From positions 1 through 64,000 of the IMG/VR virus record IMGVR_UViG_3300042386_001233: a stretch of DNA of 64,000 bases; one strand, given 5' to 3'. Position numbers and translations under genes: made by a program. Of the stretch, positions 8,790 to 19,700 are shown piece after piece. The stretch's first letter is position 1. Each line of letters begins with the position of its first letter. The notes beneath the pieces were generated by a model, which was given only the letters and a program-made list of their open reading frames with translations, did no database searches and was not told the origin of the DNA.

Positions 8790-10020
8790 TAAAAGAATTT
8801 TTTACGCTTCACAAAGCATCAACCTTCAGCCTGTATCAACTGGCACTGCTAATCCAATAAATTATAGAAACGCTACTCATTATGTGAAGTATGGTGATGG
8901 AGATAGTTGGGTTGTTCCACTAGGTTTACAAAGCGCTGGTGTTTCAACAACGTTCAATTCTGAGCCAGTATCACAACTCGGTACCCTCCAGATTTATGCT
9001 CAAACAGAAACTTCTCCAGAAGTTGAAGTTACTTTATCAAAGATATTAGATGGCACAGCTCCATTATATTCTATTTGTACAGCTAAAGTTGATCCATCTG
9101 ATGATACAATATTAAGCTCAATCAATGCTGATCTTACTCAAGTGGCTACTAACATGGTTAATGTTCGCATAGCAGTAGCTAGCGATACGGGTGCAGCAGC
9201 AACCGGAACAGCAAAGCACCACACTCTTTGTGAGAGAATGTACCTATCCAGCGTTTCTTTCACATTTCCTGTTGACGGAAATGCCACAGAAGAGGTTACG
9301 CTTGTTGGAACAAATAAGTCGTGGGGCTCTTCGGTAACATTACCGGGAGATGATACTGCTACTCCTTATGGAACTGGTACTGATGCTATTGTTCGTAGAC
9401 AATATATTTCAGTAACAGGAACCGCAACATCTGCTACTCGTGATGAGTATGACAGAATAGACCAAAGCGATCTGCCAGATAATAGTATTTTACCAGTAAA
9501 GTTACCTAGATATAGTATTAATGGAGTTAGTCAGCCCCGCCTACAGAATATTACAGTTAATGCTAGCTTTAATCGTGAAAATATTAATGAGCTCGGTTTC
9601 TTTGGTCCATATTACAAATATACAACTTTCCCTCTTGAAGTTACCAGTGAGTTTGAAGTTATTGCTGTTAGCGGAGACCTCGTCAATGCTAATGATTTTG
9701 AATATCAAGACAACGAGGGGAACGCCGCCTCAGCATTCGATTGCACAACCAAGTATACCAATTTAGCAAATGAAGAAATCGTTATTAAAGTTTGTGGTAT
9801 TACAACAAATGATTCTTTATATCTTGATCTTGGTAAAAAGAACAAGCTAACATCTGTTAACTATACCGGAGGAGATACTGGTGGTGGCAATGCTACGATA
9901 ACTTATAGTTATCAAACATTTAATAAGTTAAACGTAATTCCAGTAGGAACATATGCCGAGTATGTTACCCACGACGGATCAACATCAACAACAGCTACAC
10001 TGCAAAATTATAATTCATAA
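8782..10020 (+). CDS. Tail tube-like protein, paralog 2
   Basis: 412 aa; same conserved blocks; 8-nt overlap with paralog 1. Confidence 0.65.
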   Translation: MSNKRIFYASQSINLQPVSTGTANPINYRNATHYVKYGDGDSWVVPLGLQSAGVSTTFNSEPVSQLGTLQIYAQTETSPEVEVTLSKILDGTAPLYSICTAKVDPSDDTILSSINADLTQVATNMVNVRIAVASDTGAAATGTAKHHTLCERMYLSSVSFTFPVDGNATEEVTLVGTNKSWGSSVTLPGDDTATPYGTGTDAIVRRQYISVTGTATSATRDEYDRIDQSDLPDNSILPVKLPRYSINGVSQPRLQNITVNASFNRENINELGFFGPYYKYTTFPLEVTSEFEVIAVSGDLVNANDFEYQDNEGNAASAFDCTTKYTNLANEEIVIKVCGITTNDSLYLDLGKKNKLTSVNYTGGDTGGGNATITYSYQTFNKLNVIPVGTYAEYVTHDGSTSTTATLQNYNS

Positions 10021-10037
10021 TTATAGGAGATTTTTAA

Positions 10038-11138
10038 ATGGCGAATAATAATAGAGTTTTTTACGGTTCGCAGGTAGCTCAACTAATGCCAGCCACTACT
10101 GGTAATAACTATACTAGATGGTATCAGCCACTAGGCGTACAAAGTGTTGGATTCACTAGCACTTTTGAAACAGAACAAACCTTTCAGCTTGGAGCTATTG
10201 ATATTTATTCCATTGCTGAGAATGTTCCTAATGTTGAAGCAACAATTTCCAAAGCTTTAGACGGAACATGTCCATTGTACTTAATGTGTATGGGTGGACA
10301 AAGTGGAGTTGCTGGTGCAAATCTAACTTCATTTTCAGCTACAGAAATGAATAATAAGGGTCTTGGTGCTTTAGCAAATAATACTGTTAATTTTAGACTC
10401 GGAATATATAATGATACATCTTCTAATGTTGCTGGAACAACTAGTGACTGGGTTCTATGCTCAGGAATGTATTTATCAAGTTTAAGCTTTACTTTTCCTG
10501 TTGATGGTAATGCAACTGAAGAAGTAACGTTAGTTGGTAATAATAAAAGATGGAGTCAGAACGGCGGCATAGGAGGCAACATGACTGCCGTTGCTCCAAC
10601 AGGCGAATATGCTACAGCCAAGAAACTAGCTCGTCGTCAATTCATTAATGTGAATGGTTCAGTTATGCCAACCGGTAGTGGTGGTCTCCCAACAGGACTA
10701 GCTACTAACATGGAATTGCATTTACAAAATATTAGTATCAATGCTGATCTTGGAAGAGATCAAATTCTTGAGCTAGGATCATTTGCTCCGTATCATAGAT
10801 ATGCTACATTCCCAATTGAAGTTACTAGCGAATTTGAAATTATCGCAACAGAGGGTGACTACGTTAGTGCTAATGACTTCCTATTCCAAAGCGGATGTTC
10901 AGTTCGTTACACCAACATTGGCAACTTCCCTATACAGCTACAAGTATGTGGCAGTGGTACCTCAGATGCTTTAGGCACTTTAGATATTTACCTTGGTAGT
11001 GGTAATCAATTAACATCTGTTAATTATACCGGTGGTGACACTGGTGGTGGTAATGCGTCAGTTTCATATAGCTTTAGAAATTATAATGATTTCTATATCA
11101 AGGCTGTTCATTCGTATTCTGGTGTTCCATCAGTATAA
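10038..11138 (+). CDS. Tail tube-like protein, paralog 3
   Basis: 366 aa; same conserved blocks; GGAG SD-like site upstream. Confidence 0.65.
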   Translation: MANNNRVFYGSQVAQLMPATTGNNYTRWYQPLGVQSVGFTSTFETEQTFQLGAIDIYSIAENVPNVEATISKALDGTCPLYLMCMGGQSGVAGANLTSFSATEMNNKGLGALANNTVNFRLGIYNDTSSNVAGTTSDWVLCSGMYLSSLSFTFPVDGNATEEVTLVGNNKRWSQNGGIGGNMTAVAPTGEYATAKKLARRQFINVNGSVMPTGSGGLPTGLATNMELHLQNISINADLGRDQILELGSFAPYHRYATFPIEVTSEFEIIATEGDYVSANDFLFQSGCSVRYTNIGNFPIQLQVCGSGTSDALGTLDIYLGSGNQLTSVNYTGGDTGGGNASVSYSFRNYNDFYIKAVHSYSGVPSV

Positions 11139-11214
11139 AGTTGGTTTACTATAAAAGACGAGTGGTTAATTAATTTATCAATATAGACTTATAGGATTAA
11201 TAAAGGACATAGGA

Positions 11215-11388
11215 ATGGAAGAATTATTGAGTGTGGTTGGTCGTTTGTATGTTGATATGCTTCATGCACAGAAGTATATTGAGAGTATGCAAAACCAACT
11301 CAAAGATAAAGATACGGAAATTATAGCATTAAAATCAAAATTAGCAGGTTCGCCAAAAGACAAGGATAAAAATGCTGAAGAGGTATGA
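11215..11388 (+). CDS. Small coiled-coil protein (57 aa), not in the ORF track
   Basis: MEELLSVVGRLYVDMLHAQKYIESMQNQLKDKDTEIIALKSKLAGSPKDKDKNAEEV*; AGGA-containing leader; ATGA overlap with 11385. Confidence 0.7.
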   Translation: MEELLSVVGRLYVDMLHAQKYIESMQNQLKDKDTEIIALKSKLAGSPKDKDKNAEEV

Positions 11389-12395
11389 GTCAGGAACTAG
11401 AACAGTTTATATATCGTATTATAAGTGGTAAGTTATTATTTAATCATAATAATAAGACATATATTCTTGTTCCTCCTAAGCCCATAGTAAAATATAGGGC
11501 TAATTTATTATATGTTTCTATCTTAAATGATGAAAAATACAATGAATGGATAAGAGCAGAAAATTTGGATAGATATATGACCTTTTTAGAAGTTTGGAAT
11601 AATGAGATGACTAGCTTTGTAGAGAGATCAGAGAAGCAGATAGAGGACTTGAAAGTATCTCTATTCAATAATAGACTTAATAATAAAATGACAACAAGAA
11701 CTCGTAATCAACTAGCTAATCTCAGAAGAAAACTATCCGAACTACAACTAATACGACAAACATACTATGCTCAAACCTTAGAGGGTTATGCTGAAAGCAT
11801 TAAGTATGAGTATATTATTACCAGTACATTATTCTATAATAAGAAAAAAGTATTTGGTAAATTTGGATCATTACAAACATCATATCAAGACTTTACATCA
11901 GTAGTATCAGAAATCAACACCCATGCTTTGCAAACACCAGATTATAGAAGAATTGCAAGATCAGAATTATGGAGATCATTTTGGACAATAGATAAAAACA
12001 ATATTTTTCCTGGGCCAGTTTCATTGTGGACAGAAGAACAACGAACATTAGCCGGATATAGTTCCATGTATGATAGTGTACATGAACATCCAGAAAAGCC
12101 CAACGACTCAGTAATTGATGATGACGATATGCTTGATGGTTGGATGATTAGTCAACGTCGCGCTATGGAGAAGAACAAACTACAAGAATCTATGCTTAAA
12201 ACTAATTCCAAGCTCGGTAAAGCACAAGAAGTATTTATCTTTACAGATAACGAGCAAGGAGTCAAAGAGGTTATGGGTATGAATTCAGAAGAGGCAAATT
12301 TAGCTATTGCACAACGATCTAACATACTAAATAAAGGGCAATCAATAGACCATGCCCGCTTGCCAGACGTTCAAAAAGATTTACTAAATAAATAG
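11385..12395 (+). CDS. Putative tail assembly chaperone (shared G-like domain plus extra C-terminal domain)
   Basis: 336 aa. The N-terminal ~165 aa align with the 12690 gene; lies between the tube genes and the TMP. Confidence 0.5.
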   Translation: MSQELEQFIYRIISGKLLFNHNNKTYILVPPKPIVKYRANLLYVSILNDEKYNEWIRAENLDRYMTFLEVWNNEMTSFVERSEKQIEDLKVSLFNNRLNNKMTTRTRNQLANLRRKLSELQLIRQTYYAQTLEGYAESIKYEYIITSTLFYNKKKVFGKFGSLQTSYQDFTSVVSEINTHALQTPDYRRIARSELWRSFWTIDKNNIFPGPVSLWTEEQRTLAGYSSMYDSVHEHPEKPNDSVIDDDDMLDGWMISQRRAMEKNKLQESMLKTNSKLGKAQEVFIFTDNEQGVKEVMGMNSEEANLAIAQRSNILNKGQSIDHARLPDVQKDLLNK

Positions 12396-12405
12396 GATAT
12401 AAAAT

Positions 12406-12693
12406 ATGACAAATTATCAACAGTTACTCTACGACGTAGAAACAAAGTTCAAAACAACAATGATTGGCTCATTAGCCAGATTTGAAGAAACATTTGGTCA
12501 TCTATGGGAAGAAGAAGGACCTGATCAGCAAGAATATTTGGAATCTTGGGAATATACTCGAAATGCTATTCTTAACAACGGGAACAAGCAAATGAGAGCA
12601 GCATTAGATGATTTGTCAGACGCTATATTGGGGTCATATAAAACAAAATATACTTACAAGTTCAACAATAGGAATCATGGAGATAAACAATGA
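12406..12693 (+). CDS. Hypothetical helical protein (95 aa)
   Basis: ATGA overlap with the next gene; no family recognised. Confidence 0.65.
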   Translation: MTNYQQLLYDVETKFKTTMIGSLARFEETFGHLWEEEGPDQQEYLESWEYTRNAILNNGNKQMRAALDDLSDAILGSYKTKYTYKFNNRNHGDKQ

Positions 12694-13592
12694 AGACAAA
12701 GACTTTCAAGGCCACTATCGACGGTAAGGAAAGAGAATTTTTAGTCAAGACACCATCTTTAACTGATCAGAGAGAAGGTCAAAAGGTTTATAATCAAGCC
12801 TTTACTGATGCTATCAAGAGTAAAAGTGTTGTTAGGGCTAAATTAGATGATTTATTAGAAGATCAAGGACTATGGAATGATGAGAAACAGGCTAAGTTCA
12901 CATCACTACAAAGAGATCTGCTAGACGGTGAAAAAAGACTAGCAAAGGGCGGGTTTAGTTTGAACGAAGCCAAAGACCTTGCTATTAAAATGAAGGGCGT
13001 AAGAGATGAAATCAGAGATCTAATCAGTGTTAGAACGTCTTTAGACAACCATAGTGCCGAAGGTCAAGCAGATAATGCTAGATTTAATTATCTGGTATCC
13101 GTATGCGTGGTGTATAGTGATAACAAAGAGCCATATTTTAGGAATATGGAAGACTATTTAAATCGAGCTACTGAAGAAGTTTCTTTATTAGGTGCTCAAA
13201 ATTTGGCTAACATGATTTATGGATTGGACAATGATTATGAGACTAATTTGCCAGAAAATAAATTTTTGAAAAAGTATAGATTCGTTGATGATAAGCTAAG
13301 ACTAATTGATAAGAAGGGCAGATTGGTAGATGCTGATGGCAGACTAATAGACAGCAGTGGCAGATTTATTGATGAAGAAGGCAATTTTGTTGATAAATAT
13401 GGCAATAAGGTTACTTCAGACGGAGATTATATTGTTGAAACAAAACCGTTTTTGGACGACAATGGAAATCCAGTTGTTCTAGAGGAAGAGAAAACAGATG
13501 CACCAGCAACCACTGAGACACCTCCAACACCTCCTCCTGCCCAACCATCTCCTACAGAGGCTCAACCCCCAGTTCAGCCAACTAATAGTTAG
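12690..13592 (+). CDS. Putative tail assembly chaperone with 7-residue DxxGxx repeats and Pro-rich tail
   Basis: 300 aa; immediately upstream of the TMP; paralogous to 11385. Confidence 0.55.
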   Translation: MKTKTFKATIDGKEREFLVKTPSLTDQREGQKVYNQAFTDAIKSKSVVRAKLDDLLEDQGLWNDEKQAKFTSLQRDLLDGEKRLAKGGFSLNEAKDLAIKMKGVRDEIRDLISVRTSLDNHSAEGQADNARFNYLVSVCVVYSDNKEPYFRNMEDYLNRATEEVSLLGAQNLANMIYGLDNDYETNLPENKFLKKYRFVDDKLRLIDKKGRLVDADGRLIDSSGRFIDEEGNFVDKYGNKVTSDGDYIVETKPFLDDNGNPVVLEEEKTDAPATTETPPTPPPAQPSPTEAQPPVQPTNS

Positions 13593-13620
13593 TGTTTTTT
13601 GTTTTATCTTGACTCCTAAA

Positions 13621-13664
13621 AGTATTCCCTGCTCAGACATTGTTTTGGGCCGGGAATATTTTTT
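13621..13664 (+). terminator. Intrinsic terminator-like hairpin
   Basis: AGTATTCCC-T-GCTCAGA...TTTTGGGC-C-GGGAATATT forms a ~16-bp imperfect stem with GU pairs, followed by a T tract, between the chaperone gene and the TMP. Confidence 0.65.
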
Positions 13665-13703
13665 ATTATTACCAATATCCATCTAACTTAATAATATAAT
13701 TTT

Positions 13704-16700
13704 ATGGCTACAGCTTTTAATTTGACAGCACAACTTAATTTACGCGGTCCAAATAATGTTAACAAGATTGTTGGAGACATTAAGAAACAACTATCTGGCA
13801 TAACTGCTAATGTTAACTTGAAGTTGGACCCTAATGTTGCCAAGAACGTTAAGGCTCTTGATGCTTCGTTAAAATCGTTAAATTCTACATTATCTAGAAC
13901 CTCTACGACAGCAACTTCTGCAGCATCTGCGATATCTTCTTTTGGTAGGGCTGTTAATTCTGTTAGCATAAAAAACATACCGTCACAAATTAATGCCACG
14001 GTATCTAGTATGAATAAGCTAAATAAATCTAGCGGAACCATTGGACAGTCTTTGAATGAAGCAGCAACGGAGATGCAGGAGTTCGGTAAACAAGCAGGAT
14101 TAGCAATTAGACGATTTGCTGCATTTACTGCTGTTACTGGAGTTATTTATAGTTTAACTAATAGTATTAATCAGGGTATTCAGGCTTTTATAGAATATGA
14201 CAAAGAATTAGTTCGTTTACAACAAGTCACAGGTCAAACTGCCGGAGGCTTAAAGCAACTACAAAATTCAATTTCTCAATTAGCAACTGGTTTGGGTGTT
14301 AGTTCAAAAGAATTAACAACAGTATCAGTTACACTAGCACAAGCCGGTTTAAGTGCAAAAGATACCGAAAGAGCCTTAAGAGCATTAGCATTAAGTTCAC
14401 TAGCCCCATCATTTGACGACATGAATGAAACGGTAGAAGGTTCTATTGCTTTGATGAGACAGTTCGGCATTAGTGCTGGACAATTAGAACAAGCCCTAGG
14501 TTCTGTCAACGCTGTTGCTGCTGCGTTCGCCGTAGAAGCCGATGACCTAATTACTGCTATTCAGCGTACCGGCGGTGTGTTTGCTACTGCTAGTAAAGGC
14601 GTTAGTGAAGGAACAGATGCTCTTAATGAATTTATCTCGGTGTTTACTAGCGTGAGAGCAACCACTCGTGAAAGTGCAGAAACTATTGCTACTGGTTTAC
14701 GTACTATCTTTACACGTATTCAGAGAGGTAGCACAATTGATGCCCTTAAGGAGTTCGGTGTTACTCTAACAGACTCAGAGGGCAAATTCGTTGGAGCCTA
14801 TAGAGCCGTACAATTACTAAGTGAAGGATTGTCTAAACTAGATCCAAGAGATATTAAATTTTCTAGAATTGTAGAAGAGTTGGGCGGCTTTAGGCAGATT
14901 GGTAAAGTTATTCCTCTTATCCAACAGTTTTCTGTTGCTCAGAACGCTCTTAAGATAGCACAAACAGGACAATCTTCTTTAGCTAAAGATGCAGCAACAG
15001 CACAATTGTCATTAGCAAATCAAATTCAAAAAGTTCGTGAAGAATTCTTTGCGCTGTTTCGTGAAATTGGACAAAGCAAAGGCTTTCAATCCTTACTCAC
15101 TGGAGTATTAACACTAACAAGAGGACTAATCAAGCTTGCTGATGTTTCAAAGAGTTTGCTACCTGCGTTGAGTGTCGTTTTAGCATTTAAGGGTGCTAGT
15201 GCTTTAACTCAATTTGCTAGCGGTTTCAGCAAGGGTTTCAGGCCGGGTGGTGGTAAACCAGAAAAAGAAAGACCACGATTCGCAGACGGCGGAAGGGTTA
15301 GAAGATTTGCTACTGGTGGTGTAGTGCCCGGTAGTGGTGACAGAGATACTGTTCCAGCTATGCTAACTCCTGGTGAGTTTGTGGTGAGAAAACAAGCAGT
15401 TAAAAGTATTGGAACAGCACATCTACATAGAATAAATAAGCGAGCTAAGGGTGGCCCAATTACAGTAGAAAAATTAAAAGATATTAATCCCAATGCTGTT
15501 CAGCCTGACTATAGAAATACAGAAGAAGCAAAAAATAAAGTAGGAGAAAAAGACCAAACTTGGAGCACATACAGAGATCAAGGCAGGAGAGGGAAGGTCA
15601 GGTCAACAGCTGTTAAATATATGCAGCCAAGAGACGAAGTATACGGAGATGTAGAATACGTACCTATTCCTGATCCTAATAGGTCAGAAGTTGAAAAATA
15701 TTTTGGCAAGATAGTTCTTAAAAAAGGAATTAAGTCTATCAATCCAAAAGATAAGAGAATAAGTACTGCTTATGAAAATTATGCTCAGGATAAAGTAAAA
15801 ACAATAGGAGCTCGGTATAGTGGAGATTATGATCCTTTAGATTTTGAAACCGGAGATGTTAAATTCTATAGTTCTGAAGAAAATATTCAAAAATATGTTT
15901 CGATAAATAAAGTTCTTTCAAAAAGACTCAGACATCAAAATAAAGATAATAGAATTAAATGGCAACCAAACTCTCCAGAACAAAAAGAGTTAGAGCCAAC
16001 AACAATATATCATCCAACAGACTTAACGGAAAATAATAATTTAAAGAAAAGAATTTCAGACTGGATTTTATTATCACAAAATCAAAGAACAACTCAGGCG
16101 ATTAGAGAGGGTGACTCTTTTAGTTTTGGTGGATTAGTTCAAAAATTTGCCGAAGGAGGAGAGGCTGCTAGGATTAGGAGAGTTGGAATTATAGATAGTG
16201 ACGTATTGCGAGATAAGATTAACGCTGAAAAAGTTGCTCAAGGAATGGAGTCAATCGGATCAGATAGTATACAAGACTATACCATACAACTAGCCAAGCT
16301 AGGCGTACAAAAAAGAAAGTCTGGTGACCTCAAAAAGTTTAGAGTTATTGCTGGAGCTGCTGGTAGTGGAAAGAGCAGCTTAGCTACTGGAGTATCTGCT
16401 AATGATAACGCTACTTTGCGAAAAACTATTAGATCTCATATTATAACTCCACAAGATCTGGATAGTGTAGATGAAATTTTAACTATCACAGCAAATGTTA
16501 GTGATGCAAAATTAGAGGGCTATCTTAGAGATGCAGATAGAACATATACCGTCTCATCCTCTACTAAGGCCGAGCAAGATCTAATAAAAAGAAATAAAGA
16601 ATCCAGAGACATCACTGGACAAGGACTTTACGGCAGAGAACCAGGGAAAACAAAGGGCGTTCCTGCAGATTTTGGAGTAGAAGAAGCAACACTAATCGAT

Positions 16701-19700
16701 CAACTAGGATCAAAAAATGTTGTACTAGGAAGAAAAGAAGATGCTGAAGGTAATCTTACAAATAGATTTAGAAGAAAAAGAGAAGATGAATTACCAGAAA
16801 TAGTACAAGCAGAAGGCTTCTATACTGGTGGTTTTGCTCCTCCAACAAGAGGTCACAGAGGCGCTTTTGATACATTGCTAGCAAATGTAATTGCCAAAAA
16901 TCCAAAGGCAACACTAAAAGATATTTTGGTTTCAGTAGCTCCTAATGTTGCGATGGTCGAAGGAAAAGAAGGACTAGAGCACGCTGCTAGATATGGTATT
17001 TTTGATGCTGATTTTAGATCATTATTAGCAGATGTAAACTTTAAAGGAGCTATGATCTCTCAGGATGCACAGTCTACTCCTGGAATACTTCCCAAGGTTA
17101 TGGAAGTTCCTAGCGAAAACAATCGTAGAAAATTTGCTCGACTCAAAGGAGCGATGGCTATTACTTCCGGAAAAGAACAGGGAGTTTTAGGAAAATACGA
17201 GAGAGCAGGAATTGAGGTTACTGACATTCCAAGAATAGAGGATATTAGTGCTACTAAAGTAAGAGAATTATTATTTAGTCAAAATTATACTGAACTTGAT
17301 AAAATAGTTAATCCTGAAGTTGGGGCAATACTTAAAGGTAATCAACCACAGCTTAAAAATAGATCAGTAATGGTTCCTGTTTTATTAGAAGAGCTTCATA
17401 AAGCAGCCGAAGCTAATACTGTTTTAGCTAACCAAAAAGCAGATGATATACTTGCTAATGCTCCTGGCGGTCCATATGCTAATGTTAGTAAAAAATTAAA
17501 AACAGAACACCCAGATATTGCAGCACAAGTTAAGTCTATTAGAGAACAAAGAGATCAGTTTAAGAAGTCTATTTCTGGAGCTAAAGCCCATTCTATTATT
17601 AGTGAATTAGCAGCTGCCTATCCTGAAATTTATGGTATTGATCCTTCTCGTAGAGCAGCAACAGCAGCCGCTAGCATATCAGCAGAAGACGCTAGGTCTC
17701 ATCTAGGAGATAGAGTAAAATCGCTAGTGTCAGGAAGAGGCGCAGCAACTCCAGAACCTTCTCTGCTAGAGAGTATCAAGCAAAATGTTACCAAACAATT
17801 AGCAATTCCAAAGGGTTCAGGTACTTTACCCACAGACTCTAAGACAATTACTAGCGCCTTCTTAAATACCAAGATACCGTCTGATCCAACATTCGGTATG
17901 TTTTCAGGCAAGACTATAGATCCTGGTATAGTAAAGAAAGTTTGGAGACAAACATATCCAGGACTATCAGAAGATAAGACAGCAAGCTATATTGCTTTAA
18001 AAGAATGGCTAGAAGCACAATATAATACTCGTACCGGCGCCAAAACTGAAAAACTGTCTCAGGCCATTCAAGAATCTAAAATGGTTGGATTGGTTGGTAT
18101 GCTACCAATCGGACACGAAAAACTATCTGGCCCATTTACATGGATGCTGGGTAAAAATGCTGCTGGCGAGGATGTTTCCGTTACTGCTTCAATTATAGAA
18201 AGAGGATTGGGCAAACAATACGAGGAAGAGATTAAAAAAGCACAGAGTCACGCTGAACAAGGATCAGAACTTCTAGCTTCTGGACTAGCGTCTAAGATGA
18301 AAAAACGACCAGAGTCTTTAAGATCTCTTGATAAAGCTCAGCTTGAAACTTTAGGTCAGGGAAATATTGAAGGAGCATATGTTGAACAGGCATTAGCCAG
18401 ACTATGGGCCAATTTAGACAATGTTAGTACCAGAACTCGACCAATAGACTACCCAGACGGTCTCGGAGAATCTGCTGAACTATTTCCTGGCATATCTCCA
18501 ACTATGCCGACAGAAGTTAAGAGAACAATTAATAGTGATAGTAGAAGTGATGCCATAGAAGAATTCCAAAGGTATTTCAGACTTATTCATGCAATACCAG
18601 AACCAAAAGCCAAGAAAGAAGCAGTTAAAGCATTAGCTTCAGGCGGAGAAGTACAAAGATTCATGGCTGGTGGAGTAGCAACCAAAACCAGAAAACCAAA
18701 AGAAGTTTTTGGAACTGGAGAAACAGCATTCCCATCAAGAATATCAAAAAAATATGCCGAAGAACAACATTCAGCTAGTGAAAGCTTAAGAGCTAAATTA
18801 TCATGGGATAAGTATCCTAAAGATGAAAGAATAATGGTTAACGAAGATAAGGTACAAGAAGCCTATCAACAACCATTTGATAGAGATAGGTTTACCTCAT
18901 CATTTAAAGAAAAAATTAGTCGTGACTCGCTCTTTGAGAGAATGTCAGATTTTGCTAAGTTTATAGGACTGCCACAAGAAGACTTATCTCTAGCACTACC
19001 ATTACAATTGGATTTTGGAGCAAGCTCAAGAGGGGGTGGGTTGGGAATGTTCTCTGCTGCTGAATTCGGAAAAGGAGCATCTGGAATTAGGCCATATGAA
19101 GGCTATGATCTATCTAAATTTGGATATGGAGAAAAAGAAAAGCAAGAATCTTATGGATTAGAAAAACTTATAGCAGCAAAAGAAAAAGAAATAAAAAAGA
19201 TTAGAAAAACTCCTACTGAAACTTTTGATGATGGTAGTTTCTCTTTTGACAGTGAGGCATTTCAGAAGACTTATATTGAGTTAGATAATCTTAAAAATAG
19301 ATTTTTTAGATTAAAAGACCTAAAACGTGAAGCAGAAAAGGCGGCCCTTGCTGAACAAAATACCATTTCCTCAGCTACTGGTCGTGGAACCATCGGCTTT
19401 GCTCCTTCTATGGGATATGCTTCCACCACACAGAATCACTCGCTATATCATGAAATGACACATCAGCTATTTGAAGGATTAAGAACAAGATCAGCAGAAA
19501 GCTTTACTAAATATAGAGATAGAGTATCGTCTTTATTCTCTGGAGATAATGACGATTTAGCAGATGCTTTTGACTCTTTAACGGCAGTAACAGCAGGCGG
19601 CGGATATACTAGTGCTGATGTTGTATATGGTAGAAGTTATAAGTCAAATAACTTAAGTCAAATACTTTCAAGCTATTATCGTCAGAATCTTGATTCTTCT

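Noticed and set aside
5750-13592. Contractile tail sheath, eCIS or T6SS-like system
   Set aside because: No sheath-like or baseplate wedge/J-like gene was recognised; the order matches a non-contractile tail module.
11385-13703. Programmed -1 frameshift of the lambda G/GT type
   Set aside because: A/T runs at about 11841 and 13260 do not form an in-frame X XXY YYZ heptamer, and no suitable -1 ORF precedes the TMP.
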